Shown: positions 35,594-48,941, counted from the first letter of the whole stretch. The stretch is 63,887 bases of DNA, filler included, from Olpidium bornovanus S191 (GCA_017911155.1; 32 parts of 32 records of this genome joined end to end with filler, not necessarily neighbours in it), one strand, 5' to 3'. Notes: generated by a model from the sequence alone, not told the origin. Numbers and translations: made by a program.

Positions 35594-36079
35594 CATGGTA
35601 ATCAGAGGCGCCAGGCTCTGGACGGTGACCCGCGCGGCGAAGGGGGTGGGTTTGGCCGGAGACTCGGCGGTATAGGAAGCCGCGACGGCGTACGACACGA
35701 AGTCGATGTGGACGTCGATCTCGAGCTCGACGTCGCCGGGCACGAGGGTCAGGTCGTCCACCGCAGGACAGCGCCTGAGGCCAAAGGTGCGCGCGGGGCT
35801 GCCGAAATCGCTGTCGTCGCTCGACCGCTCGTCCGCAGATCGGAGCACGCCGGGAGAATGCAACACGCCGGACCGCGGAGAGCCGTCGCCCAGGTCGGCG
35901 CTGAAAGCGGAACACGTTTCAAGTTCGCTTTCCGCGCCGCTTTCGCCGGTCCCGCGGCACTCTGCTTTCCGCGTCGCCGCGTTCGCGGATTTCGGGCCGA
36001 GAGCCGCGGCCTTCTTTAGCGCGGACGTCGCGAACGTCGGCTGGACCGACAGAGACGTGCTCCTTTTGAGAGCGACCAT
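35594..36079 (-). CDS. Hypothetical Ser/Ala-rich protein N-terminus, 3'-truncated
   Basis: ATG at 36079 with an open frame to the contig end, divergent from the gene at 36741. Confidence 0.4.
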
Positions 36080-36740
36080 TTTCCTCTGGGAAGTCGCGGG
36101 GGTTGGGGGGAGGGGGGGGGGGGGAGAAGGGGTGGGAGAGTCTTCGGGCGGCGAAAGCGGCTTTAGAGCTCCCGGCTCGTGCGAACGTTCTGTTCGCTTT
36201 CGCTCTTATTAGTCCACCCGGGGCCAGACAGGGACGAGGACAGGCGGGGTGCTGACCCGGCTTTTCTATGCAGCTTTGGCCCGTTGGGAATCTTTTAGGA
36301 GGAACGGGTGTTGACATACCCAGGCGGTGGCCGCACGCGCGCGGGTGGGGGTGAATGAAGGCGAGCGGGGGAGGAAAAAGGAGGGCCACGCGGGGAATTT
36401 CGTGGATTTGCCGGGACGAAAATTCGCCCGCACCAATGGGAACGCGCTGCCGAAATGTTTGGCCTCACCCCGCCCGCTCGGCCCCCCCCCGCCGTTCCAT
36501 CCCCTTCCCCCACCGCTTCGCCCCCCCCACCCACCCTTCCTCTCTGACGTTTTGCTTCTGCCGCCGATTGAGGCCACACCCTCATCCCCTATCCCGCTCG
36601 AAGCTGGCCCCGCTTTCGTCACAACCGGCGCCTTGACGCCCCCCGGTGATAATTTCCCTGGGGCCGAAAGGGAGACAGGCCAAAGGCGGATCAGTTAAAG
36701 CGTCCTGCCGCGTGCAGGACGACTCAAGCCTGCTCCCATA

Positions 36741-37192
36741 ATGTTGCTAGCCAACAGGCCCTTAAAGTTCATTATCCTCGTTGGGAGCGTGCTCGCCATC
36801 TCGCTTTTCGCGGCGCACGCGCAGGCGCAACCGGCGCCGCCTCGTCTTTCGGGCTGGCCCCGATTACCGAAGGGCGCCGACTTCACGTGTTTTGACCGGG
36901 ACACCGCAAACCTAAAGGTTTGGACGGTCACCGGGGCGCCCGAGTGCGGGCGCTCGACGAGCGCACAGCCGTCGGCGGCCGGGCTTCGGACGGACTTGTC
37001 ATTTGTCGTCCTCGCCAGAGAGAACAACAAGTTCGATATCAGATTTGCCTGCGAGGGAGCCGCGCCAGAGACATGCGCGAAGGCCAAGGCGGGCTTCGAG
37101 CGGGCGGGGTCTATTATCAGCTCGGCATTGTCCTTCCATCGACCGGTCGTCGTGGACGCACATTTCCGGTCGCTAGGTGGCGACCGGATTGA
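36741..37192 (+). CDS. Secreted protein of a family seen in early-diverging fungi (putative metallopeptidase-like), 3'-truncated
   Basis: Signal peptide (LKFIILVGSVLAISLFAAHAQA), then NKFDIRFACEGAAPETCAKAKAGFERAGSIISSALSFHRPVVVDAHFRS (F.I.F.C....C.KAK..F..A...IS..L....P..V.A.F pattern). The putative HExxH region lies beyond the contig. Confidence 0.5.
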
Positions 37193-38699
37193 NNNNNNNN
37201 NNNNNNNNNNNNNNNNNNNNNNNNNNNNNNNNNNNNTTAATTAATTAANNNNNNNNNNNNNNNNNNNNNNNNNNNNNNNNNNNNNNNNNNNNCGCCGGCC
37301 CCGGCTCCACGGCCGGCGGCGAGGGTGCCGTCCGTCGAACCAGACGTCGAGTGAACTCCTCGTCGTTGGCGGGCCCCGGCGCGCCCGCGGCTTTCCCTGC
37401 GCCGCCGCCGTTCGCCGCGCCCTCTGCCGCCACCGACGCCGCCGCCGCCGCCGCCGTCTGCGCGGCAGTGGAAGCCGGCAAGGCGTCCGAGCACGCCCGC
37501 AACGCCGTGCGGTGGCCTTCCAACATCCAAGGCCCTGCCGCGGGGCGACACAGTCTTCGCCGCCGCCTTCGCATCCCGCCACGTCGTGGCAGCCGCCGCA
37601 GAAGAAGATCCGGCGGAGTCGGACTGGTGAGTTGATTTCAATCCGTCCTCATTTTAATGAATCTGCGCCGAATTAGTTTTCCGTGAATACGGTATTCTAA
37701 CCTATTCCCGAACCGCACTTTTATATCCGCGGGTGTGAAACACAGAGTTTATTTGTTTTATAGTCATTTATCTACTATAGTTTATTATTTATTTATATTT
37801 AATACCTTTCTTTTTTTCTGGGGACGCACGTCCGCTCGCCCAAGTTCGCCGCTAGTCCGTTCGCAATACTAAAGTAGATATGTGCAATTAATTTGAACCG
37901 TTAGATAAGAGTCGTAGCAATCATTATGTAATCGTAGCTAAATGCATTATATTTTACACTAAACTAATTAATTACCACTACCTTGAGAGTAGTGGCTATA
38001 TATTTACTAAGTATTACATATAATTATGTGACGCCTCGTCTCCTTTTCTTTTCTAGGGACCCGGAAGCACTTTGTACGAAGAATCTGGTCCCCGGCACAC
38101 AGAACACAAATAAAACGGCAAACGTCGGTTTTGTAACGTCTGTTACGCTGAATTGCAAAACGGAGTTTCTTCTGCGGTTTTTGCGTTGCTCGCGGAACGG
38201 GAGAAGGGGGGGGGTAGGGGGTAGGGGGTGGGGAAGGGGTGGACGGTGATCCTCATGGGCTTAGCGGAGGCGCCCGATGGCTAGGCTTCTACCGAATATA
38301 TCGTCATGCACAAGTTTTAGAGAACTCCCGGTGGCAGGGGATACATCGCGCGCGCCGTCGCACATTGGTGCCGCTTTTGCCGCGTCGCCGGCATTTATTT
38401 TTTTTTTCCGTTTCGGCCGAAGAGTCGACGACAATATTGGGCGACGGTCGATGCACGCTAAGCTCGGACTAAGTCGAGCAAATAAGCTCCGGCGCCCGCG
38501 GGTCCCTGTAAAGCGTACCGTGAGCGGATTGCACCCAGCAGCTTGCTTGGCTCTGCCGGTCGGCGTCCTGAGGCAACGCGAAGTTTTGCTCGTCTTCCCC
38601 CGTACAAACCCGGAACGCCAAAACGCGCCAGGCACCCACGCCCTCCCGCCTCCTTCCCTCAGTCCTTCTTGACGAGGAACAAAAAAAAAAACCTAAACG

Positions 38700-39176
38700 A
38701 TGCTCGCGGACGCCGTCCGCTCTTCACGGCTTTCCTGGCCGGGCGTCAAACGTCGTTTTCCGGGACCCGCTCTTTTTCGCGGGTTCGCCGAGACGACGGG
38801 TCCGTCTGCTCGCGGCACGCCCGTTGAGGAGGCATGCAACGAATATGGCCGCGCCCGCCACCGCGGAAGCTTTCCTAATGGAAACGCGCAAGGGTCGACG
38901 CACGGCACCCATCCAGCAAAACCAGCCAGACGGCCGCGGTGGAGCGATGCGGATGTCGGCCGCCTGCTCGACGCTCACCGGACGAGGCAACGTGACCCTC
39001 AAGCGTTTGGTTGGCAGGATTTCTCACGCAGTTTGGGGCGGACTCCAAAAGCCTGCATGATGAAATATGCAAAACTTTTGCCCTGGACAAATGGAGAATT
39101 GCAGGCTCTCTGGCGCGCCGTTGCCGAAACCGGCAACCGAAACGCAGTCCAGCCGGACTGGACAGCGGTATCCACG
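38700..39176 (+). CDS. Myb/SANT-repeat protein, 3'-truncated
   Basis: RPRWSDADVGRLLDAH..FGWQDFSRSLGRTPKACMMKYAKLLPWTNGELQALWRAVAETG..PDWTAVS gives two Trp-spaced Myb repeats. Confidence 0.7.
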
Positions 39177-39983
39177 NNNNNNNNNNNNNNNNNNNNNNNN
39201 NNNNNNNNNNNNNNNNNNNNTTAATTAATTAANNNNNNNNNNNNNNNNNNNNNNNNNNNNNNNNNNNNNNNNNNNNACATGGCGTATACTATACGGATCT
39301 GCGTGCTCTTTCTACGGCCTGATGCACATTTACCCGAGCACGTCACGATTGCAGCCACCGGCGCAAGTGGCGAGAGGACAAATTCAAGGCATCAGAAAAT
39401 ATAGAATGCATTTAATATACATATATAATAATCGGATGCTTTTAAGTTCTCATCTGCAGCAGGAAATCTGCCTTTTCCCGCCTCCGCCCCGCCCCCGCTT
39501 CGCACCCCTCCGCCGGCCCCGCGCGGTGCGCGCGCCCGCGCCGCAGAACACGGACGAAAGGGAAGGGAAGAGACACGGCCAGGGCGGACACATTTGGCGC
39601 GCTTCTCTGAGACCCTTGATTCGCCGCGAAACCTCCGGCCCCGCCTCTCCCCGCCGCCGCCCGAGGACGGGAAGACCCAGAGAGACTGGTAGAGGCCGGC
39701 AGTCCGGCAGATAGCCGGGCGGGATAGACAGGAAAAAGACAGAGCGCAAAGCCCGAGTTGGACCCCCCCCCCCTCCTTCCACGCCCCGCGGACGCCACGA
39801 GGACACCGCCGGCCAGTCGACTGGGCGGAAGAAGCTATTGTCCTGGCGGGGACCCCGGCCGGACGGAGGCCAGACAGGCGGGGCGCCGGCGGCGGGGTCG
39901 GCGGGGGCGAAGGGCGGGGCAGGAGGGGAGGAGGGGAAGGGGGGGGGGGTTAGGAGACGCGGTGCGGCGAGGGAGGGAAGGTC

Positions 39984-41860
39984 ATGGACGTCATTAAGAT
40001 CGCCAAGGTGAAAGACTGGGCTCGCGGGCCCCCCTCAGCTCCCAGCCTTTTCACGCCTGCTGCTCGCAGCGCCGTGGGCGCGCGCGAACGGGCCTCTCCC
40101 GTTCTCTTTCCCTTTCTCTCTTCCTCAAACTCTGTCTCTCTGGCGGCCGCCGCCGCCGCCGCCGCGAGCCCGAGGGGAGTGCGTTACGGGAGGAGAGCGA
40201 GGAGACCTTCTCGGAACAAGGGGGTGAAGGCGACTCGACGCGGAAAGCGATACGGAGTCGCTTTCCCGCTGGCTGCTTTTCCTTGCGGGTGGAGAGCTTG
40301 GGTACAAGATTGGCCTTGTATCTGGGGTTTCGTCCCTTTCGCACGCCGAACGAAAACAGTGGCGCGCTCCACGTGGGGTTTGAGTCGCTGTGTTCCTGCT
40401 CGGTTTCCCCTGCGCGATGTTACCTTGCTGACGCCTCGCTCCTCGCTCACCCTTCGCCCCACCCTTCGCTTCGCCCCGCCTACTTCCTCGGCGGAACCCT
40501 GGCTCGCGTTTCCGCCCTTTCGCGGTCAAAATGAACCAAGATTCCCGAGACCTTACTCCAGCGGGCGAGCGAGCCTCCTGTTGTCGGAATTGTTCACATC
40601 ACCCCGCACCAACTGTTGTTCATTGATCGTGCGGACGAGAGCGAATTGTGGGTGAGTCCGGCCTGCCCCCTCCTCACCTCCTCCCAACGGCCCCCCGGTC
40701 AAAGGCGCCCTTGTTCGGCGTGGGAGCCTTGATTTGGTCCCGAACGGCCGGTCTCTGGACGGCTTCGAAATTTCCTTCACAAGCTGAGTTTTCGCGCCAA
40801 ACGATTGTTCGCCGCAGGTGTCGTTCGCGTTGATCTACGCGGTGGAACGCCGCGCGCCTACGCTGCGGACCGCACCGAACGAGGACGGCGAGCCTGCGTC
40901 CCCGCGGCTGTACCACCCGCTTGTCGTCCATGCGCGGAACTTCCTCCACTGGGTGTTCTTTCTGCCGTCGGAGAAGGAGGCGGCGGACGCATTTGACAGC
41001 ATACAGAAGCTCGGCTGCAACTGTGAGAGAGAGAGAAGGATTGGGAGGGGATGAGGACGTCGACGTGATGTCGGCGGTGGTGAAATATTGACTCGGTGAT
41101 TTAACCGCGGACGCGCAGGCCTGCATGACAAGCTTCTCGCCTTCGCGTACAACCCGTTTCCGAGGTTCACAGTCCAGGATGGCTGGACTATTTACGATCC
41201 GCAGCGCGAGTTCGCGCGGATGGGCGTCGGCACGAGGACAGACTCGTGGAGGCCGACCACCGTGAACAAGGATTATGCCGTATGTACTCCGCCCGCGGAT
41301 ATTTTTGTCGGTTTTTCGAGTCGCCGGGGCGGTGCTCTTTTGGACCCGGCCGCCCGCTTTCTCGGCCCGGGCGTTTCTTTGCTCGTGCGAATCGGCGCTC
41401 CGGCGCTAAAATTCTGGAACCGTGCCCGTTAAGCTGTGCGCCACGTATCCGTCAGTACTTGTCGTCCCGTCCCGCATCAGCGACAACGTGCTGAATTATG
41501 CGGCGAAGTTTCGGAGCAAAGGACGAATACCGGCCCTCTGCTATTTGCACCGCACGAATCTGGTGAGGCGCTTTCGCTAAACTCGGTTTTGACCGGCTGG
41601 AAATCGAAACTAACGCCGCCGCGGTTGCCTCCGCTCATACGGGTGCAAAAAAGGCGTCAATAACGCGATGCAGCCAGCCGATGGTCGGGTTGAAGCAGGC
41701 GCGGTCGATACAGGACGAGAAGTTGATCGAGGCCATATTTGCCTCGAACGCCCCGCCAGGAGGCACTTACGGCTCCACGTCGGCGAACCTGATCGTGGAC
41801 GCGCGGCCGACGGCGAACGCGCTTGCCAACGTGGCGAAAGGCGCGGGGACGGAAAACATG
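39984..41860 (+). CDS. YMR1: Myotubularin-family phosphoinositide 3-phosphatase (Ymr1/MTMR6-8-like), at least 6 exons, 3'-truncated
   Basis: MDVIKIAK|IPETLLQR..VGIVHITPHQLLF..ELW|..|..GWTIYDPQREFARMG..SWRPTTVNKDYA|LCATYPSVLVVPSRISDNVLNYAAKFRSKGRIPALCYLH|ASITRCSQPMVGLKQARSIQDEKLIEAIF..IVDARPTANALANVAKGAGTENM. Confidence 0.95.
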
Positions 41861-42624
41861 NNNNNNNNNNNNNNNNNNNNNNNNNNNNNNNNNNNNNNNN
41901 NNNNTTAATTAATTAANNNNNNNNNNNNNNNNNNNNNNNNNNNNNNNNNNNNNNNNNNNNCATGCCGCCGACGGGACTTAAACCGCGGCTTTCCGCATCT
42001 CAGAAAAGGGCGCGGACGACGGGAATGCAACAATTAAAGCGGTATCCTGGCTCCTGTACAGTGCTGAAGGCCTCGTACGTCGCACAAATGACAGGGCCGC
42101 CAGCGTCCGTGAAACGGTAAACCCTGACGGCAAGGCATAAACCGGCGGCCCCGAGGGAAAAAAAACAAAATCTTCCACAGGGCATCCCGGACCGTTTCCT
42201 CAGACAGGCTCGTACTACCGATCGAGAACAGCGCCTGGACGGAAACTCCGCGAAGGAGGTCGCACTAACTGGAAAAAACTGGGATGAAATCTCCAAAAAG
42301 GGGCTCCCCTGCCGCGTAGCAGCGCTCGCCGGCACAATGGAAAATGTCGCCGTCAGCCAGGTAACCGGAACGTCAGCAAAACCGACTGTCGGTATTGGGA
42401 GCAACCGCCCTTTCTCCGTCGTCGCCCGCCCGCACACTCGCAATTGCCTGTCGCCAGACATCATTCGACGGGCGGAACGGCCGGTCGTAGACCAGTTTGG
42501 AAAGTTTCATTACTTGAAGCCACCACAAATGCTGTTCGTTGGGGTCTGCGACGTGTGCTGGTGAAGACGAGTTGGCGTCAGCACGAAAGAGCCTTGAAGT
42601 CGGAAGACAAGCTCAACGAAGCCA

Positions 42625-43477
42625 CTACCAGTCGGCCCGCCGGCGCCATACCCCGGTAAGCCCGTTTAACTGTTCCCACGGGAAGGAGATGCCAGGGTTG
42701 CAGGGGGACGCACCAATGCTGAAAAGGTTTATCTGACGTTCGCCGTGGAAGTCCGTCAGCTGTCCCGTGCACCGGACGAGCTCGCCGATACGGAACCGAC
42801 TGTTCTCGCGGTCCGACGAAAGGACTGGAACCCGCGCCGCAGGGTCAAGCCACTGGACGCACGCAAGAACGCCGGTGCCGTCGTCCACATGGCGAATGAT
42901 CATCTTCTCGCGGCGCTCGACGGCGACGACCGTCCCGAGAACAGTGACGACGCGGACCGGACGGTTGCTGCGGTGGAAGTACACGTCTTCAACACCCTTC
43001 CACCCCCGGCACAGGGGGTCATGGAAAGAAAAAAAGATTTAAGGTTTCCTTCGCAGTTGCAGATAACACAGCCAATTCGACCGTGCTCATTAGAAATATA
43101 TCTCCCGGGAAACACGGCCCTGCCGGTCCCTCCCCTTCCCCGCGCGCGCGCCCTGCGTTTTTTCCTCGGGGGACTTCTTTTTTGGTTCCTGTTTCTCTCT
43201 CGACCGCCGCCCGGTCCGCGGGATTTCGCCCCGCAAACGTACCGTCGAGGTCGCCGTGGGGTCGCAGGGCAAGCACTTTGCAGACAAGAAGCCACGACGG
43301 GCTCCACAGCAGCGGGTCCAGGCCCCACAGCCTCGGGGTGTTCGCAAACGCCGCCGCGCCGAGGCCCTCGGCGTCGTCGTCGTCGTCGTCCTCGTCGGCC
43401 GGCGTGCAGGCGGCCCGCTCCGCAGCGGGCGTGGTCCCAGCGGCCGCAGCGGCTCCCGCGTCCCGCGGGGGCGGCAT
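42625..43477 (-). CDS. STN1: CST complex subunit STN1 (N-terminal OB fold); intron 43242-42987; 3' part possibly frameshifted
   Basis: RLWGLDPLLWSPSWLLVCKVLALR..LD|DVYFHRSNRPVRVVTVLGTVVAVERREKMIIRHVDDGTGVLACVQW..RIGELVRCTGQLTDFHGERQINL shows the Stn1/RPA32-type OB fold with the Stn1-like WGLDP motif. Confidence 0.75.
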
Positions 43478-43660
43478 GCTTTCCCTCGGTTTGCGCCCCG
43501 TCCGCTCTCCGGCGGCGGCAGCGGACTTCTTCCTTGACTTTCCCGAACAGCGCTTCGTGCGTGCGCGTGTGCGCGTGCCTCGCTTATGCGCAGAGCCGGA
43601 CCCTCTTCGATTGTTGTTGGTAATTCCGATTGGCGTACACTCCCGTTTCCTATCTGCGCG

Positions 43661-43698
<38 letters not shown>

Positions 43699-44200
43699 GG
43701 NNNNNNNNNNNNNNNNNNNNNNNNNNNNNNNNNNNNNNNNNNNNTTAATTAATTAANNNNNNNNNNNNNNNNNNNNNNNNNNNNNNNNNNNNNNNNNNNN
43801 CACTTGGGTTAGCAAAGGTTTTATCATTGAGAAGGGAATGTTGTTTTTCCGCTTGGGCAAATTTTCCCGTTCGGAGCCTTCGTAATCGGACTCGCCATCA
43901 TTGCCTGATACCGTTTCATGCCCGCGTACTCACGCACACGTCCGTCCGCGCGCACACACACGCCCCCAAACCGCAACTACGCCACCAAAGCGCCAAAGCT
44001 CGAGGATAGCCGCGCCGGTTAAAGGATTAACGAACGCGCGCAATTCCAAATACCGTAGAGAAATCTTGGATAGACCGATAAACCATTAGAGGACGGGCGC
44101 TGGTCACCACCGTCAACCACACGCACGCGCACACACACACACACACGCACAACTCCGCCCCCCTTTCCAGGACTGGCTTCCTGCGGGGTTTATATTTAGC

Positions 44201-45756
44201 ATGCACAGGCCGTCAGAGTCGTACGACCGCTCTCAGGTCGAAGCTGCTGGCGGCGAGCCCCATGTCTCGCCCGTCTCTGCTGCCGCGCTCCAGGGCGAGC
44301 GTCGGGCCGGCGGCGACCGGGCGAATCGCGAGGCCGAATTGGAGTTCGAGGCGCTGGTCTCCTCGGGAGAGACCAGGAGGTATGTCCTAACGTCAGGCGG
44401 CGTTCACGTGCGCGAGCCGGCCGAGGACGAAAGCAAAGCCGGCCGCGGGGGTCCGGAGGCCGTCGGACCGGACCACGCGGTGATTCCTCCCGCCGGGTCC
44501 GCCGCGGCCGCGCCGTCGCCTTTGGGCGTTCCGAGGCCTTCGGCGCCGCCGCCGACCTCGCTCCTAACGCAGGCGCGCGCGGCCGCGGCGAACAGTTGGG
44601 AAACGACAACCGACGGCGAGTCTAAAAACCTTGGGTTCTCTGACCCGCGGTCGAAGACGGAGCTGCTGGCATACCTCCGCCAGAGCCCCCCGCAAGCCCC
44701 GATGCCGCCGACGGACGGCCCGATCGGGTCGCGGTTGCGAGAAACGTTGACGGAGCCGCCGATTGCGTCGACTTTGGACGTCGACAGTATCCAGTCCGCG
44801 CCCGCCGAGTCCGGCATATTGGATCCGCCGCAATCGGGAGTACCCCAGAAGGTGTGGTATGCGGACATGCAACTAACCGGCCCCGATACTGCGGACACGG
44901 GGGTACTGCCGGTCCCGGGCCACCGACGCAGGTCTCTATCGCAGTCGGCGATACTTGCAGACGTCTTCACGGCCAGCAAAAGACACTCGCGGGATCCGCC
45001 GCGGCGGTCCTCCTCGCTCAGAGCCGCTCGAAAAGGGATAGGTACGTGGGCTGTTGCATTTATGGGATTTTTATTTCGCCGTTTTCTGTGGTTGTGCTGT
45101 TCCGAAAGTCTCAATAGCGAAACGGCACCTCCGCCTTATGGGTAAAAGTGGTCGCCCCGCCGAGTCGCAACTCCTCGCGCTGCAGGCAACGCAGAGCAGA
45201 ACATGCGTCTGAGGAATATGCCACTGACCCGGTCGGCGCGCACGACGCCCCGGAAAAGGAAGCCGGTCCCGGGTCCACGGACGACGAATCTCAAGCGGAT
45301 TCGGGACTCATTTATGGCGCTGTCTTGGCCGGATCCCCGGAAGCAGTACTGTATGGCGCTGTCTTGGCCGGATCCCCGGAAGCAGTACTGCACGGCTATG
45401 CGCCGGACGTGGTCGCCGCGGACGTCGCGACCGTTGGGGTTGTGCAACAGGTACCGCAGGAGCAGGAACGGGCGGGGCGAGAAAACAAGCCAGTCGGCGA
45501 AGCGATGCCGCCGGAGAAGCCGTATCAGGCTTTTGGAGTTCCATATGACGAACAGCCGTACGCCGCTGGCGAGACGTCGCCTCAAAAATCTGAGACCACT
45601 CCTCTCCAACGCGCAAGACCCAACGACGCCAGTGGCATGTCTACCAGCAGGATGGATTGGCGAGCAGAATGTCTCCCGGTAGCGTTGTCCAAAGTCGAAT
45701 CCGTTGCTCAGTCGGCCCAGCGCCTCGCGGAGGAGAACGCGCGTTTAAGAAAGGAG
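44201..45756 (+). CDS. Hypothetical low-complexity protein ending in a coiled coil, 3'-truncated
   Basis: Long open frames 44201-about 45043 and about 45148-45756 are separated by a probable intron (gtacgt donor); the frame ends ..SAQRLAEENARLRKE. Confidence 0.5.
45313..45390 (+). repeat. Perfect 39-bp in-frame tandem repeat (YGAVLAGSPEAVL x2)
   Basis: tatggcgctgtcttggccggatccccggaagcagtactg occurs twice. Confidence 0.92.
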
Positions 45757-45856
45757 NNNNNNNNNNNNNNNNNNNNNNNNNNNNNNNNNNNNNNNNNNNN
45801 TTAATTAATTAANNNNNNNNNNNNNNNNNNNNNNNNNNNNNNNNNNNNNNNNNNNN

Positions 45857-48207
45857 AAGGAAAGCGAACTCGAATTTGCCGCCAAAGCAATGCTGGACGA
45901 GAAACAGAGGAGAAAGGATCTGGCTTATACTAAAGTTGATGAAATGTGTGCACTCAACAGTTTGAGATGCGTCCATGTAGGTCTGCCGTTGTATTTTGGT
46001 GACTGGCGCCGACCCTTGCTTAGCGAACATAAATTCTGGTCTGGTCTTCGGTTCGCGTTGTACAGGCACACTTCTCAGCGTGGATGCGGAGGGTTACGGC
46101 CGTGAAGGCCACCCTTCACCAGTTCCAGGTATGTGGACGAGCACCGATGATGCGGCGGTCGACGCCAGCTCACATCCCGGTCCTCGCGATAAATCTCGGC
46201 AACCTGGACGGTTTGCTGCGTGAAGTAGATTGTATGCACTTGGAAACTGTGCAACAAATATTGGACAGCGTGGAAGGCAGCAAGAGACCGCCGGACACAT
46301 AAAAGGCAAGCGCGATCGGACTTTTGCGGCGGACCTGCGTCTCGTAAAAGTGTGCGGTTTAGCTCACGGACCGCACGACAACCCACGCAGAACGGTGGAG
46401 GAAGCAGCCCGCGAATTGAAGTTTGAGCACGAGAACACCCTCCGCTCCCTCCGGCATTATCGGATGGCCGTTCGTTCCCATTTCTTTCTCCGATGGAGCG
46501 CTTGGGCTAAGTTGCAGAGTGGGTACGGGAATCCGTGTTCTGACGCCGTCTTCTAGAAGGACAGAATTGATTATATCATGTTTCCGTCACAGAGGAGAAG
46601 CGCCGGCTGTTGCAGGAACACGAGCGTCGCGCTTCTAGGATGGCGGTGGTGCTGCAGAAGGCAAGGGAGAGCTTGGCCAACGTTGAACCACACACGAGCA
46701 ACCAAAAGGAGGAAAACTGGGATGTTGAAGGCGCAGATCGGGATGCTTTACCTGTGCCGCAGCCGAATTGTCGACCGGCGCAAAAAGGGGGCGCCGGACA
46801 GGGCGAAAACAGTCGAGATGGGAAATCAGAAGCCCACGTCGACGTGGAAACGCGGGAAATCAGCGGCCCTTCGACTCTCGCCTCACCTCCGATCGCGGAG
46901 AAACCAACCGGACTCACTTTGAAGCACTGCGGCCGCCGACATGAAAATCGGCCCCGCGTGATTAAGACGGATACGCGCTTGCTACAAGGTGACCCGGGAT
47001 ATTTTGGCGGAGCCGCGGGTTTCGGCGGGGGGAAGGGGGGGGGGAGGATTTATTGCAAAACACACATTCCGTTGCACGGATCAGGAATGGCCCAACGAGA
47101 GCTTGAAAGGCAGGCACGAAAGCAGGCGAGAGAGCAACGACTGAGAGAAAGAGCGGAGCAGCAAAGGGTAAAATCTGGTTGTCCGTATTCAGCGGCCAAT
47201 GCTTATTTTTTTCGATTTTTGACAGTGTCCACACCCTTCCGCCAGCGAGAAGAAAACGAAAGGTTAAAATTTCAGGAAGAAGAAAACGAGCGATTGCGTT
47301 TGGAGGCTATAGCCAAAGAGAAGGAGGAGAAGGAAGCAATCGAAAGGGTACGGGCCGTCAGTCCGCCGATGGCATCAAGAAGGGCACAACCATAACGAGA
47401 AGTACTGTACCGCAGGACCGTTTCCGGGGCCTGGAGCTGATAAGGAGAGCCAAGGAACACTCGAAGCGCCGCGTTCTTCGATTCTTCGCGCTGCAACCGT
47501 GGAGGAGATTTGTTGCTTTGCAACGGAAGGACGCAGACACGGCAGATAAAAAGTACACGCAGTACCTTATTCGGGTCGTGGGGTGGGGAAGATTGATACA
47601 AAGAGTTCAGGCAAAGGACGAGCGTGTGGCACAGCACGCCGCACTGAGGATTATGAGAGGAGCGTGGACCTCCTGGAAAACGGTTGGTCCCAACTTACTC
47701 GCTCCGTCTTTGCCCCGCAGAGAGCAAACTTTAAACCGTCCCCGCTCGTTTCATTTTGCCTAGTCGCTTCGTGATAGGGACCTTCTGTGTCAGCATTCCT
47801 GCAGAATACGTAATAATCAACTGACGAGAAGGACGTTTAGGACCTGGCAGTCTCGTGCGAAGCAGGAGTTTCTTCGAAAGAGTCAGCTTGAGGCTGCGCA
47901 AAATAGCAAGGCAGAAATTCTGGCTATAAAGTAGCTGAAGGCTTTTACCTTCGTGCCCAGCCTACTCGGTTGAAAGCTTACACGTTCCTCCGCACCTCCC
48001 CACTCCCCCACCCTCACGCCGCACACCCGCGCCGTTCACAGACTCGTTCCGAGAAGATTCCTTCGCAAGTGGCGCGGGATCCACAGAACAGAGAAGGAGG
48101 AGAGGTGGCACGAATACAAGAGGCAGGTGATGCGGGAGAAAGTTCGAGGGTGGTTGTACAATTCGCGCTTACAACCTGAGGAAGAAGCCGGCGGCGGATG
48201 CCATGGG
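45857..48207 (+). CDS. CCDC191-like / Sfi1-type repeat coiled-coil protein, partial, multi-exon
   Basis: ELERQARKQAREQRLRERAEQQR|..RLEAIAKEKEEKEAIER|..ELIRRAKEHSKRRVLRFFALQPWRRFVALQRKDADTADKKYTQYLIR resembles the CCDC191 A.EHY...LLR..GL.PW.R motif. Confidence 0.5.
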
Positions 48208-48816
48208 NNNNNNNNNNNNNNNNNNNNNNNNNNNNNNNNNNNNNNNNNNNNTTAATTAATTAANNNNNNNNNNNNNNNNNNNNNNNNNNNNNNNNNNNNN
48301 NNNNNNNATTTTTCGGCCCAAAGTTCGCGGCTTTGCGCTGACTTTCCCACCACGCCCCGGTTGTCCCAATTTTACAGATAACGAGACAGTCCATTGACGT
48401 TCTCAAGCAAAGTTTCCGCGACGATCTTAGCAAGGAGGAGTGGGCGCTGGTCATCCAACTTAAAAAGATTTTAGGCGTCTGAGTCTCGTGGCTTTGATGA
48501 CATACTTTGTTCCGCCTCCCGTTTTGGTCCCCCCCCCCCCCCCCCTCTCACTTCCCCCCAAAATCCTCCCCTTCCCTCTTCCCCCCCTCGCCTTGGCCTT
48601 CCAAGCCACCCTTGGGCCTTTATCAACAGATTGTGCACCAGAAAATGCATGTGAAAATTGATTCGCACGCTTTCAACGGGAAAAGTCACCCGGAGGTGCG
48701 GGAAACCCTTTTTTCCTCCTCCCCCCCCCCCCCCCCTCCCCCGGCCTTTTTTATAGAGAATGCAAACTAAAAAAAGGAAGAAGCAAAAAAACCGAGTTTT
48801 TGTTTTTTTTTTTTTT

Positions 48817-48862
<46 letters not shown>

Positions 48863-48941
48863 AGTGGACCCGCACCAAAAAAAAAAAAAAAAAAAAAAAA
48901 CAAAAACGACGCCTGGTGAGCGCGGGCGAAAGTTGAGTGTT

